Assembly: GCA_040954595.2 (NCBI GenBank)
Contig: CM082580.2
Location: 1,168,783-1,232,782, forward strand
Source: Balanoglossus misakiensis
Taxonomy: Eukaryota; Animalia; Hemichordata
Length of the DNA: 64,000 nucleotides
Direction: 5' to 3'
Below, piece by piece: positions 36,284 through 49,349 of the stretch. Below the pieces are notes generated by a model. It made no database searches, was not told the origin of the DNA, and was given only the letters and a program-made list of their open reading frames with translations. Both the position numbers and the translations under genes were made by a program. Within the stretch, counting starts at the first letter, position 1. The number at the start of each line of letters is the position of its first letter.

Positions 36284-39104
36284 CTATCCTTCTGGCATGC
36301 AATAGTCTTTGTGCCAAGGAGGTTTAGATTTTATTCTTGTTGAGCGTCTCACATCAGTACTATTGGGGTTTACATTTGTCTTAGGTGATATTGTCACTGG
36401 CATTGTTGGAGGAACATTTACAATCGTTTCCAACGATGCTGTACCAGTAGGTGAAACAGGACTAGGACATGCTGGTCCAGTTGATTTCTGACTAGAACAG
36501 ACGGGTTATACTGGCAAGTTATCCAGGTTGTTATGTGTAGACAAATCATGGATATGGGGGTTACAGGATGGAACACCATTTTGAACCCTTTGAGGTTGTT
36601 CATATGTCAAATGTTTGGAGTTCCATTCAGTGCCCTGGAAGGAAAATTCTGGATATTCCTCAACATATTTCTTTTACATGTCCAGTGGACCTTCTTTTTA
36701 CACCTTTGGAGTTTTCCAATACTAACGCACCTCCATCTTTCTGGATGACTTTGTATGGTTCTGTCTCGAAATTGGGAGTGAGTTTGTTTTGCCTAAATGC
36801 TTGCTGGAGCAAAACAGTATCACCTTCCCTGATATCTGAGGAAGTGGCATGTCTCCTGTTGTCGGCATGGAACTTTTGTTTCATTTTCATTCTGTTGTTT
36901 CTTTCTCTCATTTTGATTTGCCAATCAGACTCATTGATTGTTTGGGATGGAATTCTCAGTCTAGGAATTTTGTCCCTAAACTCTCTTCCCATCAGAGCCA
37001 TAGCAGGAGATATGCCTGTCACAGTATGGGGTGTATTTCTATATTCAAATAGAAAATGTGTCAAATCTTTGTACCAACTTTTCTTTTGCAATTTAGCAAT
37101 TCGTACAGACTTCAAAATTATTTCATTCAGCCTCTCAACACTTCCATTGCTCTGAGGCCAGTATGGAATGGAATATTCATGATCAATACCTAAGTAATCA
37201 AGGAAACCTTCAAACTCGGCTGAGGTAAAAGGTGGACCATTGTCTGATTTGACACAGTAAGGCAACCCATGTGTAAGAAACATAGCTTCCATGGCTTTTA
37301 TGACATGGGCAGCATCTGTTTTCTTTAACAAAACTACTTCAGGCCATCTAGAGTATAAATCAGTTACCACTAGTAATTTCTCACCATCACATACATCCAA
37401 AAGATCAACTGCTAAATCGAACCATGGTCCTTCAGGTAACTGTGTGGGTAATAATGGCTCTGGGTTTGGCCTGGCACTGACCAATTGACATGGATGACAG
37501 GATCGTATCAGTTTTTCCACATCCCTGTCCATTCCTGGCCACCAAACTCTGTCACGTAAACGAGCCTTTGTCCTCACAATTCCCTGATGACCCTGGTGTG
37601 CAATTTTCAAGATTTTTCTTTGCAAAACTTGAGGAACAACCAATCTGTTACCACGCATGATCAATCTGCCATACAACCATAATTCGTCTTTCACATGCCA
37701 ATAGGGTGAAGACTTCAATTTTGACCAATTTGCAGAGGTAATACACTTTTCAACCAATTGCAAGCTCTGGTCTTTTGCAGATTCTCTCTCAATATCACGT
37801 GGGGTGATAGCAGATGGCATAGCCTCTAAAACAACACTACATGCAAAATCTTCAGTCTCTCTACAATAGTTGTCAGATGGTTCGTCCACGGGCAATCTAC
37901 TCAACATGTCCGCATAATTATTCTTTCCCTTGATATGGGTGATATGATAATCAAATTGTTGCATATATAACAGCCATCTCTCAATTCTAGCTGAAGGGGG
38001 CCTGGAGTTAGGGCTGAATACTTTCAATAAAGGCTTATGGTCAGTTCTGACCTCAAAATGACTGCCTAGCAGAAACTGCTGAAGTTTCTCACATGCCCAT
38101 TTAACTCCAAGCGCCTCTCGCTCAAACTGAGAGTACCTCGACTCAACATGTGTAAGCTTTCTGCTAACATAGTACACTGGTTGATATGAACCATTACTTT
38201 GCATTTGTTCAAGGATTGCTCCAACACCAACGGGCGATGCATCAGAAGTGACTCGAGTTTTAGCACCCTGCTTGAAATAAGCCATGAATGGACTTGTGGT
38301 CAATTTATGTTTGATGAGATTGAATACTTTCTCATGCTTGGGAAGCCATTTCCACTTTGCATCTTTGCGAGTCAAATCCCACAGTGGGCTTGTCACTGTT
38401 GCAAATTTATCGACATATTTTGAGCAAAATTGAGCCAGCCCAAAGAAACTTCTCAATTCTGATTTGTCAGTTGGCGTTCGAGCTTTTACAATAGCTTTGA
38501 CCTTCTCATCAGTGAGTTTCATACCCTGGGCCGTCATCAAGTGACCCATGAATATCATACTGTCTCCTAGCTTACATTTTGTAAAGTTCAGCGTTAAACC
38601 ATGCTCACTAAAACGCTTGATCACTTTCCCAACTCTGGCATGCAGCTGCTCATAATTTTCAGCTACTACTCTAATATCATCATGCATGTTGTGGGCACCC
38701 TCACAGCCCTTCAAAACCTGGCTAATTAGATTTTGAAACTTTTCAGTCGCCATGTTCACACCAAAAACTAAACGCTTGTAGCGATACAAAGAGTTGGGCC
38801 CTGAAAAGGTTGTAATATCCCTGCTCTTTTCATCGAGCTCAATTTGATGGAAAGCCATATTCATATCAAGCTTGCAAAATACCTTGGCCCCTGAAATTTC
38901 CTCTAGCGTTTCATCCATGGTGGGAACAGGGTGTCTTTCCCTAACAATGGCTTGATTTGCTTTTCTCATGTCCAGACATAGTCTGATATCCCCATCAGGC
39001 TTTTGTACTGTTACAAGGGGGTTGACCCAAGAGGTCGGACCCGAAACCTTCTCTATTACTCCCAGCTTTTGAAGCTCGTTGAGTTTTTTCAACAACTTTA
39101 GCAC
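36284..39104 (-). CDS. pol: Pol: RT, RNase H and integrase (frameshifted tail)
   Basis: IRLCLDMR, KLDMNMAFHQI, LVFGV, MHDD, TSDASPVGVGA, YSQFEREAL, RTDHKPL, H..HQG..C..C, KSDNGPPF, SNGSVER. The tail RRSTRIKSKPPWHKDY ends at 36284 in another frame. Confidence 0.92.
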
Positions 39105-40626
39105 GGCGGTTGAAAGGAATTCGCCGGTACTGGGCTATGGGTTTGACACTCTCATCAATATGCAAATGGAGCTTGTAGCCCTTTAACTTACCCAACCCAT
39201 TAAATACCTCAGAATATTTCCTCCGCAATTCTGCAAGAATTGGCGAAGAATTATCAGCAGATATTGAATTTATCGTGTACAGATTCACATTTCCAACTCT
39301 CAACATATCTAAATTCTCAGAAGTACTCCGACTCAACAAAATCGGTTGATCAGCCTTGATCACTATAAAATCAGCAATACATTTCTTTTTAGTAGGCGCT
39401 TCAACATGTAAGGCACATTTACCCAATATATCTAAAGGTTTACTAGAACCATAGGTAAACACTTTATTGTTACAATTTCGAACTTTCACACCACGCTTTT
39501 CAGCAAGTCTGCGAAATTGTCTTTCACCAATGAGATTACATGTAGCACCACTGTCGATGATAACCGGCACGTGTTGATTCTCGATCTGAATACCTGTATC
39601 AGTGAGGTCCTTCCCACTGGAAGCACGGAAAGCAGCATTGAAAGCATAGTACGCTTTCTCCTCGTCAGTCTCGACGTCTGCATGGCCACCATCGGCGTTT
39701 GCATCAGTAGTCGTCTGAGCTACCTTGTGTGTACCGCGACCATCACCACGCGTACGGCCACGTCCACGTGCGCTGCGGTTACCACCACTGCCTCGACTGT
39801 TGCCATTTTCACTGTCTTTAGACGGACAGTCTTCCCACTTAGCACGACAGTCTGCAGCTCTGTGTCCCGGTTTTTGACATCGGAAACACCGGTCGGACTT
39901 TTGTTCGGCATTGCGAGAACTACCACTTGTACTGGCGCGACATTCACGTTGCATGTGACCTTTCCTTCCACAACGGAAACAGGCTAAGTCCGCCATTTTG
40001 TTTTTGGCGCGCGTACGTTTACCGCCAATATTGACTGCATTTGCACTCACAGCTTGAGTACCAGACACCAAAACTAGTGCATCTTTGTCGTGATACGACC
40101 GTATGATTTGTAGTAGTTTGGTAGTGTCCAAATTCTTTTCACGATACAGCTTGCTTTTTAGCACCTTGTCGCTGATGTAGAGCAAGACACGATCTCTTAT
40201 CTGGTTGTCTTTTTCCGTCTCGGGAAAATCACAGTCTTTCAGTAGGTTCTTGAGACGTATTACGTAGCTGTCGACCGTCTCCCCGGACGTGGGAGTTGCG
40301 CTGTAAAACTTCTGTCTCGCCATAGGAACGTTTTTCTGCAGTTGAAAGTGTTTATCCAAACATGCTATCAACGTTGCGCAGTTTGTGACGTCACCAGTTT
40401 CATCTTCAGATTTAGTGCTAACAATGTCTCTGATGCCCGCTCCAGCCATGTGCAAAAGTAAGGCACGCTTCTGCGCATTATTTGAAACACCAGAAGCTGC
40501 TACGAACAGTTCAAATTCCTGAAGCCAACGCTCCCACCTTTGCTGAAGAGCCTCCGGTTCGCCTTCACAGTCGAATCCCGCCACTCCTGGCAGTCCGGAC
40601 AGCGTTACGGGTGTAGACATTTTCAT
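38995..40626 (-). CDS. gag: Gag (two CCHC knuckles) plus protease
   Basis: WERWLQEFELF, KRALLLH, CFRCGRKGHMQREC, CFRCQKPGHRAADC, IIDSGAT. A one-base shift in an A-run near 39085 separates it from pol. Confidence 0.92.
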   Translation of the reverse strand: MKMSTPVTLSGLPGVAGFDCEGEPEALQQRWERWLQEFELFVAASGVSNNAQKRALLLHMAGAGIRDIVSTKSEDETGDVTNCATLIACLDKHFQLQKNVPMARQKFYSATPTSGETVDSYVIRLKNLLKDCDFPETEKDNQIRDRVLLYISDKVLKSKLYREKNLDTTKLLQIIRSYHDKDALVLVSGTQAVSANAVNIGGKRTRAKNKMADLACFRCGRKGHMQRECRASTSGSSRNAEQKSDRCFRCQKPGHRAADCRAKWEDCPSKDSENGNSRGSGGNRSARGRGRTRGDGRGTHKVAQTTTDANADGGHADVETDEEKAYYAFNAAFRASSGKDLTDTGIQIENQHVPVIIDSGATCNLIGERQFRRLAEKRGVKVRNCNNKVFTYGSSKPLDILGKCALHVEAPTKKKCIADFIVIKADQPILLSRSTSENLDMLRVGNVNLYTINSISADNSSPILAELRRKYSEVFNGLGKLKGYKLHLHIDESVKPIAQYRRIPFNRRAKVVEKTQRASKAGSNREGFGSDLLGQPPCNSTKA

Positions 40627-40709
40627 GCACTCAAATCACGGCTAAAAAGTCACCAAATCTCGTAAAGGTTGCTTGCGTATGTTCTTCGATAGTTAATTTA
40701 GACAACTAA

Positions 40710-40722
40710 ATCCTCGTCGCCA
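40710..40722 (-). other. Primer-binding site complementary to tRNA-Ser(GCT)
   Basis: Minus strand TGGCGACGAGGAT, 4 nt after the 5' LTR. Confidence 0.85.
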
Positions 40723-40726
40723 TTTA

Positions 40727-40880
40727 TGTGATGTCCGGGGAGGGGTTATTGACAGTCGACAACGACGGAGTTCCACAGAAGTGATGTTTATTGAATGACA
40801 ACCACGCGGGAACTAACAGTTACAGGAAATCACGTATACAGACCATGTGACAATCACGTGATCATGACAATACTATCACA
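40727..40880 (-). repeat. 5' LTR
   Basis: Matches 35879-36032. Confidence 0.97.
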
Positions 40881-41366
40881 ATGATCTGATATAAACTGAT
40901 GGTTCATAACTATTCACCATAGACCTGAACTTGTTTGTGACATTTACTGATGCAAATAACAACTGCACAATTTGAATATTGCCATAACTATTTTCAAAGG
41001 TAGTTTGACACCCACCCCACCCAAAATGATAGAAGGATCAGTTAGTAACATTCTATACCCTTACATTTTTATGTGTCAGTGTCACACATATTTAGAAGAT
41101 AAATGAAAACTGAATACAAGAATAAAAGTTTGTCTAACCTTTATGATCTTCTTTGACAAGTTCTTGGCAGCATGCCAAATGTCATGAGAATGTTTTATGT
41201 CTGGGTGATCGTCTCCTATAAGAGTGGGTAAATGTGATTACAAATGGAGCTTCAAAATGACAGTGTTATGATTGCCAAATACATTATCTCAGAAAAACAA
41301 AATCAACATTGACCTGTATAACAGCTTTGCTTTTGGCATTTCAAAGCAACATATAACCCAAGTTAA

Positions 41367-42161
41367 GATGGGTCCCTAGGATCTTTTTGCTCGTTGCTAT
41401 GGGCCTTTATAGGACACTACACTCAATTTTGATCGAAACCGTTATGAACGTCCGACAAGGGGCTTGTAACTAGTTAAAAATACGCACGATTGTGTGCACA
41501 CCCCCTGTCCGAGTATGGTTACGGCAGCTACCGCCCGGCCATAGGCCGCCACGCTAATATGGCAAAGCAGCAGTCACCGATAGCGTGCGCGTCCTGTAAC
41601 CACAGTAACTGGATCGAACGCTAAATATCCAATGTTTTGTACACAGAGATTTTGTACCGTTCACGAAAATCCCTAAGGCTTTTTTCATAGGCGACGTAGG
41701 CCAGCCAAATTTGACCTGCTTGTTGAGAACGCACTTCCGCATAGTGTGACGGATCGTTTTTTCGGTTTTCGTCGTGCTAAGAAGCGATACCGGTGGAAGA
41801 GTGCGTCCAAAAACACCCAAAATCGATGACTTTTTCAGGTGTGGTACGGGTATGCTGAAATCGTAGGATACAACGATAATATTCGAAAACAAAATCCGTC
41901 ACGATCTTCCCTGGTTCAAGCAACTAATGAATACGTATCAAGTTCGTTTTTGAGGTCACGGAATAAAAAGCCTTAGGCTTTTGAAATTTGACCTAGCTAA
42001 TTTGCATATCAATGGCGTCAGGGGGCGCGCGCTCACAATCGTGCAGATTTTCAACTAGTTACCAGCCCCTTGTTAGACTCTGAAAACGGCTTAGTCCAAA
42101 TCGGGGTGTAATGTCCTATAAAGGCCCATAGCAACGGGCAAAAAGATCCTAGGGACCCATC
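41367..42161. mobile_element. Non-autonomous TTAA-targeting DNA transposon (Kolobok-type) inside a transposase intron
   Basis: TTAA|GATGGGTCCCTAGGATCTTTTTGC ... GCAAAAAGATCCTAGGGACCCATC|TTAA; imperfect TIR extending ~140 bp. Confidence 0.88.
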
Positions 42162-43481
42162 TTAAAATCATAAAATTACACTTACTCATCAGAGCTGTAA
42201 TCTGCATGTGGGCATCTGTTACGACTTCTTTGACATTTACACCTTTCTCCTGAAGCTGGTTTAGACTTTTAACAAGGCAGGCCTTTTCCATGTTTGTTGA
42301 CTTCTTCTCTGTTTCTCTTTTGTCCATGGTTATTATCGACAGAATTTTCTTGGTGGTTTCCTCCATCACAGTATAGGTGCAATATTGCGCACAAAAACCC
42401 GGGGAATCCATTCGCCCATCACCTGAGACATAATCAAGTAAATATGTCAGTCAAATTATACATAAGTATGCATAAGTGAGAACATTTCCAATTCAATGAT
42501 TTTACAATGAGTATGAAATGATGCAAATGAGGAAGTAAATGCCACCAAATAATAACTATTGTATTCTTTTCTAAATCAGCAGAATAGAGTGTGTAAGTAT
42601 AAACTTTTAGACATAAATTACAAGTGCATTGGCCGACATGTGATGGATAATCAGTGGGGTGAGCCAATCAGATTAGGTGCGTGTCATTAACAATGAAGCT
42701 AAAAACTTACCCAGTAAAACAAGTTCTTGGCCATCAAATGAATCAATGATGTCTTGTTGTTGTCGTATCCAAAATTCATCAAGACATGGTATTAAATAAG
42801 GTTTCTGAATTCTATTGTAAGTATTCTGGGAGCAAATTCTGAGTGACAGAATGCTTGCCAAAAAATTAATTTTGGCATAATTATTACCAGACAATAGAAT
42901 GGCAGCTGCTGTGAAGAGATCACCACTATGAAGTCTCCTGTTCAAAATTGGTTGTGAACACCATTCGTACTCAAGGTGACCAGCTGAGCATTCCTGAAAA
43001 AAAAAAAGTTTAAAGATTCATGCTTATTTGATCATTTCATGTTGATTTCTCCAAGACACGATAAAAAAAATGTTAATACCGATAACTTTGTAATTTCAGT
43101 TGACTATTGTTTTTTATTATAAACCTAAAGGAACAATGTGCACCCACATAGGATTATAACTAGAGTTTCCTGTTCATCTAAATAATACTGGCATAGTGAT
43201 TGTCCATACAATGCACACTACAGTTGGTATAGTTTAACAATAATTGTCAAGAATATACCATATTTAGTTCACACTCACCCACTTTAGATATAAAGCTGAG
43301 CCAACAAACTTTGAAGTAGAGGATATCAATCCACTGCAAGACTTCAATGCACAGACTTGCCTAATAGATTTTTTGCCAAGGGCCAGAAGCTGGTTAAAAA
43401 AAACAGACATGTTGTAGAGTCACCAAGGAGGCTTTCCCCATCTTCTTCTGTGACAACTCTCTGCAGACCCGGTGATGGTGT

Positions 43482-43483
<2 letters not shown>

Positions 43484-43520
<37 letters not shown>
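43484..43520. repeat. (CAT)n microsatellite encoding poly-Asp in the Kolobok exon
   Basis: About 12 CAT units; the minus strand reads DDDDDDDDDDDD. Confidence 0.9.
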
Positions 43521-43521
<1 letters not shown>

Positions 43522-44691
43522 CCACCGTCACTTTCAATATCGTCGTCACCAATGGCAGGAACCACCTGCACGCCATTAGTTCTGAGAAATGGACAAAAAA
43601 TCCTAACAATGCTCATGACATGTCCATCAGAGTTTGTCAGTCAGCTGTTAGTACAAATGTTGTAAGTTGATGTTTCATTCATAAAAGAAAATTTATCATA
43701 TATATGAATTTTAGCGTCCAACACTTAGGCTTTTTTTAACCATGAGGATATTTTGCTTTCCATTTGTTGTGTACCCATCCAATAAGGAACTTTGATGATA
43801 GTGATAAATGCGCACTTACATTATAGAAATATCAAAGCTGGGCTCATAGTCATAATCATCATCGTCACATAGGTTCATGTCTTCCTCTTTGTCTTCCTCA
43901 GAAATATCAATGCTCAACCTGGTAGTAATAAAACCAAGGAATTAATCTGAATAGTGGGACAATGCTGCTCACTAAAAATACATATAGTCACTCATAAGCA
44001 CAAAAAAGAAAGAAAACATTTCCCATGAATTTAAGTACAAGCAAATGTTCTGACACACGTCATGCATGTCATGAAACTGATTTTCCCAACAAATTTAAAT
44101 TTAGTGTAACAGGAGAAAAGAAGCAATCGAAAAGGCTTGCTCAAGCAAGGGAAACATGCATGCCGTATATGACAATAGAATAAGGAAAACTTACTCAAAT
44201 GGATTGATGAAAGACTCAGACAAATTTCTTGGAAATCTTACACGGCCGCTGGAGAAAAAAATGACAAAATAGGCACACATGAGACGGCAATATGTACTGA
44301 ACTAATTTACAGCTGTGAACTAAATATAACACACATGAAAATTGAACTCTGAAACAAAGTGACAGGGGCACACAGGGACAGCAGCATCACTGCTTATTTT
44401 TACAGGTTCCTCTCTATCTTGGTTTCACACAAGTAAATTTAGGGTGCTTGGTAAACATTTGCCATTTTGCTTTCTAAGAAATATTTTCATGTTGATAGCT
44501 ACACAGAATAACTTATTCACACAAGCATAAGCAAGGGAGTTAGAAATTAGTACATTTACATGTATGTAAAGCAGTCGCTCCTGCTTTTGTCCTAAAGCAG
44601 GAGATTAATGTTTATCACAAAAGGTACAAAAGAGGGGGGAAAGCCACATTTCACTATAAAAGTTTACCTAACTACAGTTTATCTTCAGATT

Positions 44692-45110
44692 AATAGAATC
44701 TCACACTCCCAAGGACCTGGGATCACATTTCTCACAAGAGTTGGGGATTTTCTGTCCCACACGAGCCGCAGGCTCGTGTGGGACAGAATATCCCCGACGA
44801 GTGTGAGAAATATGATCCCAGGTCCTTGGTGTGTGAGATTCTTTTTCTCACACGGTCACAAATTAGCCAAGTTCGTTAAAAACATTGAATAAATGACTCT
44901 GGAATTGTTGTCTGGGGGCACGTTGTAGTCTCTGTGCCTGTAATACACATCGCGCCATTGGATAACATTTAGTGCGCGTAGCGACAGAACACTTTGTTAA
45001 CCAATCAGCACTCACGTCATATACAGCTTTCTATTCAGTGAGATTGTGAGAACAATTTGTTCCCACACTCTGTTCTCACACTCCCAGCGTACGGGGAGTG
45101 TAAGAAAAGA
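44692..45110. mobile_element. Palindrome-headed non-autonomous element (Crypton-like)
   Basis: ~145-bp hairpin at 44696-44841 centred on cgagcc-GCA-ggctcg, plus a small terminal hairpin ttctcacactccc...gggagtgtaagaa. No TSD seen. Confidence 0.55.
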
Positions 45111-47187
45111 TAGTGTCATACCTTTCACTTTGTACTGGCTGTGATGGGCCTTCTGTAGATTCCATAGGTTTCTCTTGTGATGATTCTCCTATCTCCTGAA
45201 CATCTATCTCTGCAATTCCAGAGATGGAAGAAACCCTGTACAAAGAAAAAAAAGACTAAAATTTGATACATGACAAACTAGGTCTGCACAAACGTTGTAG
45301 GTTCCAGTTCCCCCTAATCCCCCAACCAGTAAGCAGTGAAAAACCTATGTTTGCTGGATTAAAACCATAGACGTGAATGTCTTGGTCAACACACTGAATA
45401 AATTGTATAGGATGATTTTGGTTGTTTATTGGAGGGCAAATGTCAGGTATACTTCGCCATTGTTATGTTGATTATTGTCACCTGAGAGTTTGAGCAGAGG
45501 CTTTTCCTCATACTACAGATTGTGGCTAGAAGCATTGAAATTATCATGTAATGTAAAAAAACAGTGCTTAAACACCTACCTGACTGATGATATTTCTGAT
45601 GCAACTAATTCTTCTAAATTTTTTTCGATATCACAAAGATGGCCATTTCCTGGCGTTGATGTCATAGGAAAAGTTTGGGTGGCTTGTCCTTGATCATCAC
45701 GTTGCCTATAAATTTTAAGAAACAAATATATACTTTTAGGTATTCCCATCTATCACACAGATAACTATGTGGAATGCAACATTTCATTGTTTCATTTCTA
45801 TAAATTATATTACGGACACAATTACTTTTCATGAGCCATAAAAACATGTCACCTCTTTAAAACAATATACATCATGTATACTGCAAGAGCCCCATCAAAT
45901 ATGAAAATCTATTGTGTACTATACAAAGCTCAAAGTATCATGATCAAAATTTATTTGGTACCTAGTTTCCATAGACGGTGCAAATACTTGCAGTGTTTCT
46001 TGGCCACTTGGAGATGATGCAGGCCTGGTAAATTCTGCATCTGTTGTTGCTGTAACTTGATGTTCATAATACCTGTCCACACAAATAATAAGACACAATG
46101 AACCTTTTTTGCCTTTACAATGACTTGTTTACGTAGCCAATTTCTGTCTTTAGAAGGGATTACACACAGCCATAATTTGCCTCAGAGGACAGGTTACAGA
46201 CACGTAAGGTGAGAATAAGATAACTACGAGAAAATAGCCAAATTTTTCTTCAGTTCATATACAGCTCAAGAAATGTACACAACTGGCTATAACAAAACGG
46301 AAGTTGTAGCAGAACAAAGAACAACCAAATTCCGCTAAAAGCATATTGTCTCGTATGTTCGATAACAGTAATACATGTAGATTGTCCGGAGGAAAAAAAA
46401 GAAAAAAAAAAAAAATTGCAGTACCGTACAATTTATCTCGCATAGTCATACATTGATACAAACGGTCCAGCGTACTACATACAACTGCTGGTCGAGGGCG
46501 AGGTATGCGCTGGGCAAAATCACTAAGTGAAATACGACTTGAAACAGCACATTTAGAATTACATTGAGATGATGCTCGCAGTGATTCTGTGAGACACAGA
46601 TTCTAAATTCATGTACACAATTCATGCCGTATCTTTGGCTATGGAGTACGTACACAGTGAATGCACGAATATGTACTTACCGGTCGATCAGTACCTTTGC
46701 GACCTGGCGGTTCGTTTCCAATACCAAGGAGCGTTTGATTTCATTCCAACGATGAATTTCCGAGAAAATGTTTATCTGACCTACTTGTTTCAGCAATTGT
46801 TTACGTTTTTTTGCCGAAGCAGTGGTTTGTGGGCGGCCACGAGCACGTTTACGTTTACCACTGCTACTGGGAACAGACGCCAAAGCATCCGCCATGACTG
46901 TCGCTACAGCTATAATTATATGTATGACGTTTCATTTTGTGTATATACCCTTGCACATGCGCACATTGGTAATGATCGAAGCCCGGCCCGCGTCCGCGCT
47001 CGAATAAATGGTAAAGAACGATTATTCATTTTGGTGATTTTTTTACTCTCGTGTCTACAAGCGGGATGGAACTTGTGTGTGGTCGAACGTTGATTCACTA
47101 TATATCAACATTTAAAATAACATACACAGTGTCTTGAATGAATCAAAAGTAATGGAAAAAAGGCAAAAAGAGAGAGACTTTGTCCCT

Positions 47188-48887
47188 TTAAGTCAAAGGC
47201 TGATATTTCTCACTGTGTGTGACCAGGGTATCATTTTAAACACAGACTGGACTTTGACTACTGTGTCCAATGGAAAAAATACATCAGCATCTATGTCTGC
47301 AAAAAGGTGTCAAAACTGACATATCTTATCATGTATGTCATCAAACTCAAAGGATAATATCTTCATTTCATGTGACCTGCCTGGTTAAAGTTTACCGCCA
47401 ACATTTCACCATGCTTTACCCACCCATGGCACAGTGTGTCAAATCCAATATTTGGTTCGATGAATGAACCATGAAAGTTTCCGAATTGGTACTACCCGAA
47501 AACTGCATGGCAAGCTAAATTTGGAATTTGGATGGGGTGGGGAGGTAAAGCTAACCTAACGTACAGTCGTTTAGATTTAACATTATGCCTGTGAGTTACA
47601 TGTTAATATTTTCTGCATGTCTGTCGCGTACAATGCGTCGGTGCGGAAAAATGATCACAGGTACTATTCAGAAGAATTCCGCTGAATCATGGTGACGATG
47701 TGCATGGAAAAATCCTGATTATGATCTAACTGATAAACAATAGCATGATATTAATAAAATATACACATTAACCAATGAATGAACCATCGTGAAGATTGTG
47801 CCCCAACACTTATTTAAGCTTTTATCATTATTATACCTTTGTCATTACTAAATATATCAACAGCCCTGTACACCAAAGCTATCACCACATTTGTTAACCT
47901 TTATTACACCATTCATATGAAACCCTTCACCATCATCAACCTCTATTATATTCATTGTTTTGGCCCATTATAATCTGTGTACCCTCAATTTTACCACAAA
48001 CCATCACCACATTAGTTAACTGTTTATTAAACACTTCCACATGTGTTGCCCATTATTATACCATTGAAATTTATAAATCGATCATCATACCTATCATACA
48101 AGCAATTGCTGATTGCTGTTAACCCTTGTGTACCACAAGCCATTATCATGAAATAGGCAACATGAATTTCACATAACACAGTTTGTCAGCTCTGAGAATA
48201 TTGTTCTCAGGACCATGTCCCACGCTTAATAAAAGTGTTGTGTATGTGGTACAGTTTAGATTCCTTGTCAGATTTCCCATAACACAGTTCGTGAGCCCCG
48301 AAAAGTACCATAACACAATTCTCATGAACATTTCCCATGATCAATAAAAGTGTTGTGTGTAGCATAGTCATTTTTCCGTTTGCTGTGACATTTGTCTCCG
48401 TGTGAGAGTTTAAGTAAATGTGGAAACACGCAAATTAGGCAACATCAATATCCCGTACAGAATTCAGTGTGTTTTGTTCGCATTTTTGGTTGCCATTTTG
48501 AAAATGAACAAAGGACTTTCCATTGACCAACACCCGTATGAATACGTCCAAATTACCCAACTTTAATATTCCTTAAATAATTGGTCAGCTGTGCAAATAT
48601 TTTTCACCTGACCACTTCCTTTGCTAAGCAAGAGTGTTTTTTATGTAATAATATTAATATAATATTTATAACGTATGTAGCACATTAAATCTCAATGTGC
48701 TTTAAAGTTGTCCCATGGTCATTTGATTTAGGTCGTTGGACATAAATATTCCATTCAACTCCCTGGGGAGCAAACAACATCTCACCATCTTTAGAAATGT
48801 CAAATTACAGTGCTTTTGGCCACGTATTAACCTGGGGATTTACAGTTAACTTTAAATACACATGCATATGCATTTAATCCCCATGTG
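47188..48887 (+). repeat. ~1.7-kb direct duplication, copy 2
   Basis: Colinear with 33082-34940. Confidence 0.92.
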
Positions 48888-48947
48888 ACTATAAAACAGT
48901 TTGTAAATGTGAATATGTCCACATTACACAACTTGAATTTTACTTAA

Positions 48948-49278
48948 AGGGACAAAGTGTCTCTCTCGCTGCCCTTTTTACCATTAATTATGTTTGATAC
49001 AAGACATCGTTTATGTTGGCTGTATAGTGAATCAATGTTCGACCAAACACAACTTCCACCCCACTTGTACACACAAGAATGAAAAAACTCGCCAAAATGA
49101 ATAATCGGTGTTTACCATTTATTCATTTTTGCGAGATTTTTACTCTCAGATTCTACAAACGGGATGAAAGTTTTTGGTTGAATGTTGATTCACTATATAG
49201 CCACATGTAGAATAACATAAATGGGTTCATGTATCAAACTTAATTGAACAATGGTGGCGAAAGAGAGACTTTGCCCCT
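48948..49278. mobile_element. Kolobok MITE with TTAA TSD
   Basis: TTAA|AGGGACAAAGT ... ACTTTGCCCCT|TTAA. Confidence 0.9.
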
Positions 49279-49349
49279 TTAAACAATTGGTCAGCTCTGC
49301 GAATATAGTTCACCTGACCACTTCCTTTGCTAAGTAAGAGTGTTGTTTA

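Larger units (their letters stand above)
35879..40880 (-). mobile_element. Full-length Mag-like Ty3/gypsy LTR retrotransposon (5002 bp)
   Basis: 154-bp TG...CA LTRs, 5-bp TSD ATGAT (35874-35878 / 40881-40885), PBS, PPT (tgaggaga) and gag-PR-RT-RH-IN order. Confidence 0.97.
35745..46895 (-). pseudogene. Multi-exon Kolobok transposase (C-terminal exons missing)
   Basis: Spliced exons 42993-42711, 42422-42186, 41215-41139 and 35849-35745 read ECSAGH..WCSQP..AILLSGNNYAK..LG|DGRMDSPGFCAQYCTY..MEK..VVTDAH..|HSHDIWHAAKNL..|IVNHFWYC. First exon 46895-46681 has an AT-hook-like RGRP. Acidic exons lie at ~43280-43580 and 43820-43918. Confidence 0.85.
35485..47187 (-). mobile_element. Kolobok DNA transposon, 3'-truncated, with nested insertions
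   Basis: One terminus ...gagagactttgtccct|TTAA (47187 / 47188-47191). The transposase gene starts 290 bp inside it. The other TIR was not found, so the left limit is approximate. Confidence 0.75.

Noticed and set aside
39517-39987. Antisense ORFs over gag and pol (also 36568-37155, 21040-21309)
   Set aside because: Shadows of real coding sequence on the opposite strand.
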